This document shows positions 44,901 through 56,136 of a stretch of DNA of 57,824 bases, piece by piece. Location: contig NMRA01000071.1 in NCBI GenBank assembly GCA_002633005.1, positions 888,970 to 946,793 of the forward strand, read 5' to 3'. The notes under the pieces are model-generated. The model saw nothing but the letters and a program-made list of their open reading frames with translations. It searched no databases and had not been told where the DNA came from. The translations under genes were made by a program, and so were the position numbers. Every line of letters begins with the position of its first letter. Position 1 is the stretch's first letter. Origin of the DNA: Phoronis australis. Lineage: Eukaryota; Animalia; Phoronida.

Positions 44901-47900
44901 AAATCAATTATGCTTTCAAAATCTGAAACACCCAATTAACCTGAATAAGATAGGAACGTTCTGAAACATGAGTGCATCATTTGTTAGCAGGAAAAGTATA
45001 TTATGGACCATATTTCAAGAAAGAGAAAGAAGTATAGCTTTGAAAAACAGGTACGTGTTTTTGAAAGGTATATCTTCTTGTTTTCAATGTGTGTTTCAGT
45101 ATTATCACCAGTTGTTTTTTTAACGTGTTCAGCCCCTTGGCTGCCTTGGCCTTAGACAATACCGCCGACCCAGTAGAGACGGTGATCATACCATAGGTAC
45201 TCCATATGCCGGATGCTTTTCAGCAAAATATGTTCCTATAAGTTTAGAAGTACCGCGTAGCGAGATGCCTCTGAGGAGGTCGTTAATGTTTTCATTTGTT
45301 CCCAGTTTAAACAAATACTCCTGCAATCCTGTTTTTCGAACACTCCATTGTTCAGTTGCCACATCGACACTGCTTGCACTAAGGGATAATCATATGGCGT
45401 TATACTGTGGGTGTGATTTTAAAGCTTTTTAAGTCAAAAATTTTTGAGAAGGTTAAATGGAGTAGATGGTTAAAAACAACATGCCCAAGTGACCGTCATC
45501 CCCTGCCGTAGTCCTGGGATATGGGGAACCTCTTCCCAATTTCTTGTAAACATTAATTACTTAGGTAGCTGCAATGATAATTAAATTAAAGTGCCTAAGT
45601 GGCCATCGTCGCCGTCGTAATTTGAGGACGATGGAAGCCACTGTCCATTTCGTCAAATGTCGATTACCTTAAAGGCGAAGGCAACCCTTTTTCATGTCAT
45701 TTTGAGCTAAAATAAGGTTGGTTGGTTATCCTAGACCTATTTTCCACTTAATTACAGCTTTTCGCAATTTTATTAATTACTTGTCCTCTATTCCGGAAGT
45801 GACGTTTTAGGAGGCAAGCGTTTCCCGCCACTTGGTTTTGCGTTGAGTTTACCGTGCGAATCTGTTCTATTCTACTTTTGTTTTGTGCTGTTTTTCCACA
45901 ATTGTCGCCACCACTTTCCATCGGCGAGTATTCTGCGGCAAGATAGGTTAGTAGAGAACTCAACTACGTTGGATTTAGGGATTGTTTAGTGTGTTGTAAG
46001 CTGAAAATGGCTGGAGTCGGTGACCCGTATCACAGTGACAGTAGTGTGAGTGACGGAGACCTTGTTCACAGCAGTGGTGACGAGGAATTTTTTCACGGAC
46101 ATTCAGTGGGTGGGTACATGTTTGAGCCCGAGTACAACGAGGCAGAGTACACACAGGCACAGGCAGCTGTTGAGAGAAACGAGGCGGCTACTGAAGACAG
46201 ACGTGGTGACACATCTTGGTGCAAATGCACTGTGTGCGTTGTTATGCCTACCTCAATTGAATGCTTGTGCTGTTCCGAGTTCCACATCAATTATCTTTTT
46301 GGTCTCTTCCTCCATTAGAGTGTATGTGGTATACTTGGCGGACCGCCCTGGTGAGTCAGACAAGTTCTCCTTCTCCATGAATTCCGCCACCAACTCGAGA
46401 TGTTGTGACATGTATGCGTCATTGACAACTGGTATTAAATAGGAATTCTGAATGTTGTTGAATGTTGTTTTCGAAAAAAAACTTGACTTTTCCAAAGTCC
46501 ATCATTGTCTTCACCGACTGAAACGTGTTTCCAGTGAAGAGCACACCACTGGACATGGTTAAGTGGACCTCCGGCATACCACGGACAGAGGAACAACTGT
46601 CCAACTTGCCAGAGTGTCCCGCGACACACTCCCACTGGCCTTATGGTGACCTGAGCACCCAAACTGCTTACATCGTGTCGTGTGACTCCCTCGTCACACA
46701 CCTGGCACCTTCTAAATAGCTCCAACACTTTAGACAAGTCCACAATAAACTTATCAAAGTTTGGCTCACCGATCTGTTCACTGGACGACGAACTGTCCTC
46801 TTCACTGGGTGTCGAACTGGGCCTGTAATCACTCCCACTACTCAATATCGCTGCAGGGCTGCTTAGAGGCTCTGGGCTGGAGGAAACAGCACAGGGCGAA
46901 TCACTACTGGTTCCAGGAGTGGCACGCTCTGGGGTACATTCGGAGGCACGGTTGACAGTGGATGACGTGCCTCCACTGGCTCCAGTCACTGTACTGGCCA
47001 CAGCTCGCGAGGCTTCTCTCTTCAAAAACGCACTTCTCGGGGGTGGCGACGGGGCACTGCCGGGAATCAACACAGACGGAATGGCATCCTTCTTCAGGCG
47101 TTGTTTCACAGGGACTTTCATCAGTTCAGCGTACAAATCCCTTTCGTAATCGGACGGCAGAAAGTGCATGCCACACACACGGTAATTCTCGACTGCTTTG
47201 TACGTTGCGTGGACGGGTAACGCTGAGTTCTTCACACGAACGAGCCAAGTACTGCGAAGTGTGTCATCCATCGGAAAGCGATGCTAAGGTACTCCCAAAG
47301 CGCGCGTAATACGATAATTAGTACATTCCGGTACGCAGCAACAGTGTGGCATGTTGACTGACTAGAAAATGAAAGCAAACGACGACGGAACTTAACACAA
47401 CCGAGGTAGAACAATGACTGACTCGGCAGCTCTCACAGTCAGACTATATGAAAAGAAATTGGCGCGAAATGCTTGCCTCCTAAAACGTCACTTCCGGAGT
47501 AGCGGACGAGTAATTAACAAAATTACAAAAAGCTATAATTAAGTGGAAAATATGTCTAGGATAACCAACCAACCTTATTTTAGCTCAAAATGACATGAAG
47601 AAAGGTTGCCTTCGCCTTTAAGTGTAAATCGATTGACTATGGTTTGAGCATCTAATTAAATTTCAATCACTGCTCTGGTATATCAGCTGATTTATTTTCA
47701 GTTGCATCAACTAATCTAATTATTAGACGATCAACATTTTAGGCGACAGATCAAACGGCCTGTAAATTTGTTAGGCTGGTGGTGGATCAGTTCCTGATAA
47801 GTCGGTCTGAAAAAGTTGCATGCCTACTCACTCATAGTTGAACGTTAAATTAGTGTTAACACTTCGGTTTTTTCAGTTGGACTTGTATCGCAAGCGACAC

Positions 47901-50900
47901 CTCAGTCCAGAGCCCTGAATATGCAAATGAAATTCAAAGATAAAGACCTTGTGTCTTAGAAGCCAAGTACCACAGATCATCATGCTATAAAAAATAGAAA
48001 GACAACGATTGTGAAGAGTGACGAATCCACAGTTTTCAGAGATGTTTTTCTACAGTTTTGTTTGGAGTTCATTGAATCAAAGCTTCTAACACATGAAGAT
48101 GTCATTTGCCTTTCAAAACTAAAGCAAGACTTTGAAACTGTTCTTCAGAAAGCTGGTGTGCATGAAGTTATTTGGACAGGCAATCTTAAGAAATATTGTT
48201 GAAGCAACACACTGCTGTAGTTTGTGCCTGACTAAGAGATACGAAATTGAATTGAGGCTAGTGTTCAATAATTCACTTGCTGACTCTAATTAACACAGCC
48301 CATTATAACATATTTTGAATCAAACGTTTGCCCAAATCCTGCCCGCCTCCAAACAAGGACTTAGTGTTTGACCCTTCATTGCCTGCGGGCCAATCACCAG
48401 AGTGCGGTGCTGTACCCACTCTAATCGACCATAGTTGGATCCTTGGCGGTGGAGCTTTGCAGTTAACATGTGTGGCAATGTCCGCATCTCCATTGACAGT
48501 ACTAAACGATGAATGCTGCAAGTGCAAAAAGATCATGTGTGCTGGGAAACTTGAGTTTGGGCTGCAATGCTGGGTCAAACTGTACAGAAATGTGCAGCTG
48601 TGGCAACTGTAGTAACATCAGCAACATTGACTGCATAACATTGGATAGTTCTTTGACAAGTCAACCCTAAATAGACCTCCAACCCCGTTATTTAGTTTTT
48701 TGTATTAAAAAGTTAATTTCATTTGTTGATTAAGTCATAGATCATTGTCGTGTATTTGTCTCATACTGCTTGATAAACGCTGTCATACAGTCTGTGTGCA
48801 CATTCACAGAGATCATTCAACTATATCGTTTTTGTACTGTAACATATTTCTGGTGTATTATGCAAACAAGCTGTATTTTACACTATTAGTCAATGTTTTA
48901 GTCATTGAGGCACAAATTCTGCCCAGTCTCAAGTGTTTTGTGTTATTTTTGTTGCCAGGCAATGCCAGAATATCTTCCTAGTAACATTCAGACTTAGTTT
49001 GCATTTTTGCCACTAGGTGTCTCTATACATTTTTTAAATTTCACTGTTTACAATTAATCTACAATAGTAAAACTTGTAATGTGATTGTAATATTGTTCAA
49101 TACAATGGCACTGATGGGACCCTATTACTTGTTTTACAAAAAGGTCACCAAAACTGTTGTTTTTACAAATAAAAGTTTACTAAGCTCTTTGGTGATTATT
49201 AGGTAACTTCAAACTCAGATTTCTCAAAAATGTGCAACTTTATATGTGGGAACTTTTTAGATTTTGAAAACACTCTAATAAATGAATTAAAATACCCGAA
49301 AATAAAATTGCCCCCTAAAGTACTCACAAAAACCATTTTCTAGAGGCCCCCACAAATTCTGGCCCACCGACTAATGTAAGGGGTTCTGAGCGTGTGATAA
49401 CATCTAGCTTCTTTGTTAACTGCCAAGCACACTCTTTTGTTTGTTATGACAACAAGCGGGCCACTTAGCTACCAGGCTTATTAGAGACCACGTTTGAACA
49501 CAGTCAAACTCAGAGTGAATTGGTGTATTTGGAAAGAATAAATTGTCGTAACTTCGGTTGCACTTGGGCGATTTTGGCGATTCAAAAACTTAACATGATC
49601 ACCATTTGACGAACATTTCAGAAATGCTATTAGTTCATATTCAAATATGTTATAACTTAACTTTTATTTATGACAACACAGTCCAGTCAGGGTAGATACG
49701 ATCTTATTGGAGAGTAGAGCAATTATCGAACAAAAGAGAGTTGGCCCTCCAGCCATGAATGCCAGAATGGAGTTAATCAGTCGTGTAAGATATTGGCTAC
49801 AGGGGTAAACTTCCCAAGTTGTTGTTGGGCTATAGAATCGAACAAGTTGGCAGCAACGGGGAAAACGCCGTAATGATTCTGCACTATTTGTGAAAACCAA
49901 TCATCCAGGACCTAATTTCAATTTATTTTTGTTGTTTTTAAGCCGAATAAAAAGTACACGCTTGATTGTTTTGCTATGCAGAAAATTTAAATGGCCTGCG
50001 AGTTCTTGTTCAAGTTGATTTGCTGTAGAAAATACCTAAAAAGTGATGACACCCTACTCTAAGTTTGCACACTTTTCATAGCCAGACTTAACTATATATG
50101 GATTTTTGAAGTGAGCCACTTCCAAAATCTACAGAAATGTCATCTTCAAAAACTCATTTGTTTTTACAAATAGAGCATGTGGCCAATAGTGGCGCCACCA
50201 GTCTTTTTTATGAGAATCATTTCTCATCTTCGAGGAGCTATGATATTTGTTTCACCCTACATATATGTATACACGTGCAGCTGTCATCGAAACATTTAGA
50301 AAAGCATTGCCAGGATGGAAAACTACTTTCACTTATCTTAAAGTGTTTAGGAATGCTTTTTCAGAATGATAGGTTATAAGTTATCAGTAATTTCGTGATT
50401 GCGATGTAGTTTCCACCTAAAAAGTGACATCACTTTGTTGCCAGAAATAGGTGGCGCAAGTTCACGTTGGATACAGCATTGTTACCCATACATTCCGGAG
50501 GATATCGGGCGCAAGCTTTGTGAGCGGTAACCTCGTGTATTAATCGAGCATCACGTTTATCCGAGACGTTTCCTTTACATTGCTATTCGTGCGCTTTAAC
50601 TATTATCTTTTGTGTTACTGGCGTTACTCGCACAATGTTACCTTTGACCTTAAGTTGATGTTGATTTCAGAAACTGCGGGCAAGTTTTCTATATGTGAAT
50701 GAATCTATATCATTTTAGAGCGCTAAATACTATCAACGTTCGAGAATTTTGTTAGTGTCTGTTAAAGACACAATGTCCACGATCATACCATCATAGCAGT
50801 TAGCCACAAAACAAAGCAAATGATCCGTAAACAAATGAAAACTTTTTCGAAAGACGTTCATTTCTCAGTGAAGCTTTAGCTGCGCACATTCCTTTTCACA

Positions 50901-53900
50901 AATACCAAATTCATTGTTGTGTCATTTGGCCTTTACTGGTAGTGGCGTCTTGGTCCCACTTGTACTTATTCACTTACTGACACGAACGTACACAGTGTGT
51001 TACTTACAGCGAAAGCAATGTCCGTTCTCACCACATCTGAGTGCGTGCCTGCACCTACACGGTTTTTCGCAGTTTCTTCCCCAAAATCCTTCCTTGCAGC
51101 CTAGGTTTCGAGAACAGAAGAAAATTATCTGCATTTCAAACGAAGTAATGCTTATTCAGATATTAGGTGACGCAACTCCAATCTTATGTTGCTGTTGCAA
51201 CTTGCAACTTTCAAATCAACTAGTGGCAGACTTGATGTGTAAATCGTCCTTTCGCCGTCAAGCAATTTGGGTGAGTTGTCGGGCCGCTAATTTGACACAA
51301 CGACTTTTGTGGGAAACAATTTGAACCCATGACCCAAACTGGCAACAACACTATCACAGGCATCTCACTTGGTAGGCTACCCTTGATTACCGAAAGCATG
51401 CACTTCCAATTCCCACTGGCTGACCACATTGCTACGCACTTCCGGTTCCCAATGTCAAAAGTTGTTGCATGGTAAAAATATCACGCAACGTGACAACTTA
51501 GTAATTAGCTGAACGAACAGTCACAAGTACTAAGTGGTTAATGTAGAGGAAAGCAGCACCAAAGTGTTTAAAGCCCATAACTTGAAAAGGTTTATCCCGC
51601 CGACATGCACCTCTGTCAGAAATTTCGTTTTTCGACTGTAAAACGATAGCCTTTACTTGATCTTCGTTTCTTGGACGGAACGCAGTTTATAATTATTTGC
51701 AAATTTAAACACATAATCCATGAACAAATCTTACTCAGCATGATTTATGACGCGACGCAACAAATGTATCTTCGGCTAGACGCCCTTCACTTACAAACCC
51801 TCATTGTTTCTGTGTTAAATCTTTGAACTCGAAATGGATCCTCGGAATTATTTTGATAATGATTTTCCGCTGTTCTTTGATACGATTTCGAGATATATGT
51901 GTGCCAATTTAATACTCCTGCTATGGTGTTGGTGGATGTTTGTCTAATCCCTATTTGGACTACATAACAATAACATTAAATCTTTAAATTAGACATGAGT
52001 TTTGAGTTTGCACTCAAAATTTAGAGTTTTTATTTGACCAGAAACTCATCTGCGTTAAGTGTAATATACATGCACTCGAGTAAAGGATATTAGACATTAA
52101 ACTTAAAGCTTAAGATATTGTTAACGCAGGATTGAAAATATCAAAACAATGTCGGGTTCGACTTAAAGGCTGGAGACCCTTGGACTTGGAGTCAGGATCT
52201 GTTAGTGTCACTTTTATTCACGTCGATACATTTGTCATGTAGCGCCTTTAGACCCACTGAACGAGTTTCAGCTAAAGATGCGAAAGCCGGTGACAAAATA
52301 TATTCAGTGACTGTACTTGAAACCATTAAGGATTCATTCGCCAAAACCAAACGTCCCACTAAACAATGGTGTTGCTTGAGGTGACACTTATGTCACTGAA
52401 TTCTCCAGAAAAATACGTGGCAGTCCAGTCTGAGTTTGACGGAGAAATGACAGCGTGAACTCACGGGAAATACAACCGATAGAGCGCCTGCACACTTCCC
52501 ATGGCTGACAGTGACACCTATTTTTGCATTGCGGGCCCCATCTCTGCGGAACGCAATCACCGAAGCAGAGACCTTCACTCTGTAGGGTACAGCCGTCCGA
52601 GCAATTTCCTGTATGTTCGTCACACTTCTCATTAGCATCTTTGCAACTGCATTTGTACTGGCAGTCGTCGCCGAATGTATTGTGTAAGCAGGGAGACTCT
52701 GAAATCAATCAACTTGCTGATTCACCCGGGTTTTTTAAGTTGAAATCTACTACAAAAATACTGTCGGGTAATGTGAATCCCATAATGTTTCTAGAACAGT
52801 GTAAAATGTGCCATTGAAAGAACAACTTTGACTGTGCCAATCCAATAATTGATTTCTGCAGTTCCAAACCAGATCTGCTCATGTGTGCTGGCTTTCCTTG
52901 CATTTTTAGAGAAGAGGAACTTACGAAGAGATTTGGAATGCGCTATTTAACAGCTGTTTTAAAATTCATCTACATGTAGTTTATTACACGATTCTATATT
53001 CCGTTCACGTTTCATTCTCAAGAAATCGTAATATCAAAAATAAAAACGACGCCAATTTCTGGCTCCGCCTGAAGAAACTCTCGAACACTACTGCAGTTTG
53101 CAAACGGTATGCAAGTGTCAGTAGGTTATTTTGGCTTCTTTTTTAAAATCAGTTAAGTTTACGGCAAAGTTACTGTTGAAAAAATGGTGTGGGAATAAAT
53201 CATGGGATTGGATTGTTATTATTTCTGCATATACGAGAGACTTTTTTCATCGACCGACTCCTTTTTGTTTTTTGTTCTGATTTGCCTTGTGTGCCAAAGC
53301 CAATTCACTACTACCATCTCGAGTGTATCCGTATGAAATTTTCAGACAGATTACGTATCTCTTAAAGGAGAATGCCACCCAAAAACAACCTATTTTGTAT
53401 CAGTTTAGATCTAGTAGTTCTACTCGATAGCGGCACGTTCGGTTGCGTTACCTGACACCTGACGGCAGACGGAGGTGTTAAAATTATCCAATGACGCCAT
53501 TGGTTTCACACGCAATCAGTTCAGCAGTTCACAACACGGGTTACTGGTGTCAGCTTATCGCTTGAATTCATCGTTTAACGCCAAAAATCATCACACTTCG
53601 ATGTAAAACCCTAAAAAAACCCACTGAGTTCTTATAAAAACGTGTTATTTTATTTCGCTGTTACGATTTAATTGGTATTTGGACACACCGTAGCCTACAA
53701 CATTCGGCAGGCCAATTTAACAAGGTGGCGTAGCAGGAGTTTGGGATCTGTTCGGAGAAAAATTCGAAGTATTCTTCGGTGAAATACAGACATGAGAACA
53801 TAGATCTGTGTTGTTTAGACTTGTGATTTTTTGAGTTCTAAACACACAACCTCTTGTTAGCCCGGCCAGTGGCTCGGAACCCGATCAGGCCCGTCACGGC

Positions 53901-56136
53901 CGCCGGGGCTGGCACGAAAATAAACCAGCTTTTTGTTGGAAATTTAACCTCCAGTCACGAAAAGACTATGATAGTGAGCCAAAGAAATAATGCGCACGTA
54001 ATTATTTATGTGAATTAGCCACGAAACTGAAAACCTACTTACTTGTCGGGGGCCGCAAAGTCGGGTTCCCCTTCCACAGGCCGTCAGGGCAAAGGTTGTA
54101 CAGTAACAATGATTTGAATAATGTATTCGTATTTCTAAATAGAGATTCCCCTAACATTTGACAATAGCATATAAAATCGAGTAATTCACAACAGCTTTCT
54201 GTCAGCAAACACGGCCTCGGTGCCCGGTCAACTACTTTTATAGACAACATCAAATGCTGCCTCCCGTTCAGTAACGCTAGGACCTCGCTAAAAAGCAAGA
54301 CTTCGCGAGATTACGTGAAATATTGCCGTGTATTTTAAATCAGAACACGTGACTTTGACTAGGTTTTAGCTAGGTCCTAGCGTAGGTCCTAGCGTCTACT
54401 GAACGCACGCCCGGTAACGCAGTGGTTTATTCATTGCTGGCTTCTCAACATTTGCACTCACGACTACTGCAAAGGCATTAAAAATGTATCTAATGCGACA
54501 GACTTTGTTTCCGTTTTATATAAGCATCGGTAGGGTGAGAAAAATTCATTTTGAAACAGAACGCAATCCGGCCGTCGCCAATCCCGACTTAGTCAGGAGC
54601 TTATCCGACGAAGACTTCACGGGTCTGATCGTTTGGTTTCACAGCCAATCAGTTCGAACCGGAATACACTTATCAAGAAATACTAGAGAGACGCCGTGAA
54701 CATGCCCAGCCAACGGAAAGGATGGATAGTTCTTCGTTAAGCCGAAATTCGTCATAGAAATCATTGTCGAAGAAATGCCGGCCATATTACACGGACATGT
54801 TTTTCGGCCTCATACTTGCTACTAACAGCGTACATTTTATTCTTCACTGCCGCGAGCCCCTTCCTAAGTATTTCGGGCTCTCGACGTGGAAGTCGAAAAA
54901 CCGATATACTTGTTTTCTTCGCAGCCTCAGATTTCGGATAAGCGGGAGCGACGCACCGCAGTATAGTGGCATTCACTCTGCAGACGAACCACTGACGTCG
55001 CTGCGTCGTTTCTCACCTTCCTCACAGGTTAACGCGACACCTCTCGGCAAGGTGAGGTCGACCGTATAAGAGGCGATGACGATATAGACCGATTAAGACG
55101 GTAAAAAGACTAATTAAATTGGGTGGCATTCTCCTTTAAGTCGTGGTTTACATCCTGAAATCGTCTAAACTTGCTATTAGATTGACGCCGTTACTTCTCG
55201 TAGAATTCCAAATTGGACAGGCAGGGCCTGTCAAGAGTGGTTCGGTTCCTTACCTCTTAAACACAGGGAAGTCTCGTCATGACAGTCCAGTGAGTACTTG
55301 CAGTCACAGGTCTTATCACATGTCTTGCCCCAGCGACCACGAATGCAGCCTACAGTTACATGACCATGGCCAGTTGATAGACAGCAAAACGAAACGTGTA
55401 CAAGAACAAAAGTAAACTGTTAAATCGGCTCAAATCTCCTGTTTGTTCTATACATGTATTTCAAACCGTGCAATAGACGCATTTATTTGTATTTATAATT
55501 ATATCGGCGTCAATTTCATTTCAAGAACGTGCAAGTAGACTTCAACACTTTTAATACAAAATCAGAGCATATTCATAATTATCCAGGTTCATTCATGAAT
55601 TGTAATGCAAACTATCACGCGCAATATTTATAACCTACATGTAAAATGTATAACAGTTTCAACAGAACGCTATCCTTACAAACCTTTGGGACACTGGCCT
55701 GTCAAGTCGCCACAGTCACGCTTGAAGGGACACGCGCACGGTTTGTCGCAATTTGTTCCCCAAGCACCACTCGGACACCCTTTCACTGGAAAACAAAATT
55801 ACATAAACTGGCACAACGAATCGTCTTGTGATACGTTCCAAGCTACACTGGGCATACCTCAAATGCTCACGTGGTTCTTTATTTAATAGTATAACGAGCG
55901 TATGTACAAAAAATAACGTGTGTACGAGATATGCTCTATGGTATTTTATTATATAAATATGTACAATTAGAAATCAGTTCATTTAGTTTCCGTACCTTGT
56001 TGACAGTTATCTCCCGTATAGTACGCTAAACATCCGGAAGAGCACCGGCCTAGCCAGTCATCACAGTCGCCACCTGGTGAGCAGTGACAGTGATGATCGC
56101 AGCGGGGTCCAAACATTCCCCTAGGACAGGGACTAT
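34834..56136 (-). CDS. Multiple EGF-like-domain type I membrane protein (MEGF10/SREC/Draper-like); 5'-partial, 12 exons, about 1013 aa in window
   Basis: Exons in transcript order: 56136-55996, 55785-55684, 55349-55254, 52698-52465, 51100-51008, 44012-43776, 40208-39972, 39379-39149, 38846-38613, 38328-38185, 37330-37184, 35978-34834. All are AG/GT bounded, all junctions are phase 1, and the frame is stop-free. Repeats follow CxxGx(F/W)GxxCxxxCxC...CxxxTGxC. TM is AISTIILSMMLIAFSVGFLLFL followed by RRVEKKRK. No signal peptide exon was found. Confidence 0.85.
36486..36788. mobile_element. MITE with 5-bp TSD (hAT5-like)
   Basis: TIR cagtggcggatttagg / cctggatccgcccctg; aatag duplicated on both sides. 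Confidence 0.7.
37184..37330 (-). CDS. EGF-receptor exon
   Basis: ttttgtag/ ... aaag/gtacat; (Q)SPCPLDRTYGKYCELICHCISRSCHRDNGSCVDSGGCQQGWMGDLCNK; 147 nt; this frame is not in the ORF track. Confidence 0.85.
38185..38328 (-). CDS. EGF-receptor exon
   Basis: (G)ESCPNPNSYGPQCDQQCHCATRDGCYRDSGNCRGACPVGWSGSDCKT; 144 nt; /gtgagt donor. Confidence 0.85.
38613..38846 (-). CDS. EGF-receptor exon, paralogous repeat unit 5
   Basis: (R)QPCKGLTFGDICQYKCNCRDPTQKCNDRTGNCTTGCVQRSLDLCHGDCVDGMWGSDCKQKCEC...GCVY; 234 nt. Confidence 0.88.
39149..39379 (-). CDS. EGF-receptor exon, paralogous repeat unit 4
   Basis: (P)HSCNGLTFGDNCQYKCNCNDPTEKCDDTTGNCTTGCVQRSRGLCHGDCVDGMWGNDCKKKCRC...GCL; 231 nt. Confidence 0.88.
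39972..40208 (-). CDS. EGF-receptor exon, paralogous repeat unit 3
   Basis: (Q)KGCVGRVFGDDCQYKCNCADLTETCDDRTGNCTSGC...QWGKNCKNVCNCSANQLCKRSSGCFI; 237 nt. Confidence 0.88.
41680..43749. mobile_element. Non-autonomous Kolobok-like element, copy A
   Basis: TTAA on both flanks; TIR aggagaatgcc / ggcattctcct; collinear similarity to 53366-55135 over most of its length. Confidence 0.8.
43776..44012 (-). CDS. EGF-receptor exon, paralogous repeat unit 2
   Basis: (S)ENCRAKNVFGDDCQYACACNNPAEQCHDSTGFCSSGC...LWGDNCKNTCHCKPWEICTRLKGCVP; 237 nt. Confidence 0.88.
46008..46279 (+). pseudogene. KolX (P2X7 C-terminal ballast-like, Cys-rich) remnant
   Basis: YMFEPEY...RRGDTSWCKCTVCVVMPTSIECLCCSE, the YxFEP/WCxCxxCxxMPTxxECxCCxE signature; truncated where it meets the antisense transposase. 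Confidence 0.8.
46277..47352 (-). pseudogene. Kolobok THAP-DDE transposase remnant
   Basis: THAP domain MPHCCCVPECTNY...P*HRFP...W...RVCGMHF...RLKKDAIPSV with an in-frame stop; then KFIVDLSKVLELFRRCQVC; frameshifts; DSPGRSAKYTTYTLME Kolobok core motif; truncated. Confidence 0.8.
51008..51100 (-). CDS. EGF-receptor exon
   Basis: acctag/ ... cgct/gtaagt; (R)CKEGFWGRNCEKPCRCRHALRCGENGHCFR; 93 nt. Confidence 0.8.
52465..52698 (-). CDS. EGF-receptor exon, paralogous repeat unit 1
   Basis: (E)SPCLHNTFGDDCQYKCSCKDANEKCDEHTGNCSDGC...WGPQCKNRCHCQPWEVCRRSIGCIS; 234 nt; /gtgagt donor. Confidence 0.88.
53366..55135. mobile_element. Non-autonomous Kolobok-like element, copy B (THAP remnant)
   Basis: TTAA on both flanks; TIR aggagaatgccacccaa / ttgggtggcattctcct; decayed THAP-like ORF 54761-54976 (-): LRCVAP...SISVFRLP...VKN...HVRV. 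Confidence 0.8.
54265..54405. mobile_element. Small MITE nested in Kolobok copy B
   Basis: Inverted ends cgttcagtaacgctaggacct / aggtcctagcgtctactgaacg; segment absent from the homologous position of copy A. Confidence 0.55.
55254..55349 (-). CDS. EGF-receptor exon
   Basis: actgtag/ ... agag/gtaagg; (G)CIRGRWGKTCDKTCDCKYSLDCHDETSLCLR; 96 nt. Confidence 0.82.
55684..55785 (-). CDS. EGF-receptor exon
   Basis: ttttccag/ ... aaag/gtttgt; (V)KGCPSGAWGTNCDKPCACPFKRDCGDLTGQCPK; 102 nt. Confidence 0.82.
55996..56136 (-). CDS. EGF-receptor exon (EGF-like repeat)
   Basis: tttacag/ ... caag/gtacg; (D)SPCPRGMFGPRCDHHCHCSPGGDCDDWLGRCSSGCLAYYTGDNCQQ; 141 nt. Confidence 0.85.

Larger units (their letters stand above)
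45673..47617 (-). mobile_element. Internally deleted Kolobok DNA transposon nested in the Academ-like element
   Basis: TTAA TSD (45669-45672, 47618-47621); about 160-bp TIRs starting aggcgaaggcaacc; convergent THAP-transposase (-) and KolX (+) remnants. Confidence 0.85.
44263..49373 (+). mobile_element. Degenerate Academ-like DNA transposon
   Basis: TIRs tagtcggtgtgccaga / tctggcccaccgacta (TAG...CTA ends); 3-bp TSD atg on both sides; subterminal inverted match aaaagttcccac...ttgcacatttt. Coding remnants: KDLV..EAKYHRS..CY (about 47940-47990) and C-terminal P..DH.W....L...A.P...CKCKK..C...CTEMCSC..C.N (about 48400-48615). Confidence 0.75.

Noticed and set aside
45989-46318. Host P2X7 receptor gene
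   Set aside because: Only the Cys-rich ballast-like fragment is present, inside transposon TIRs, so it is KolX and not a purinoceptor.
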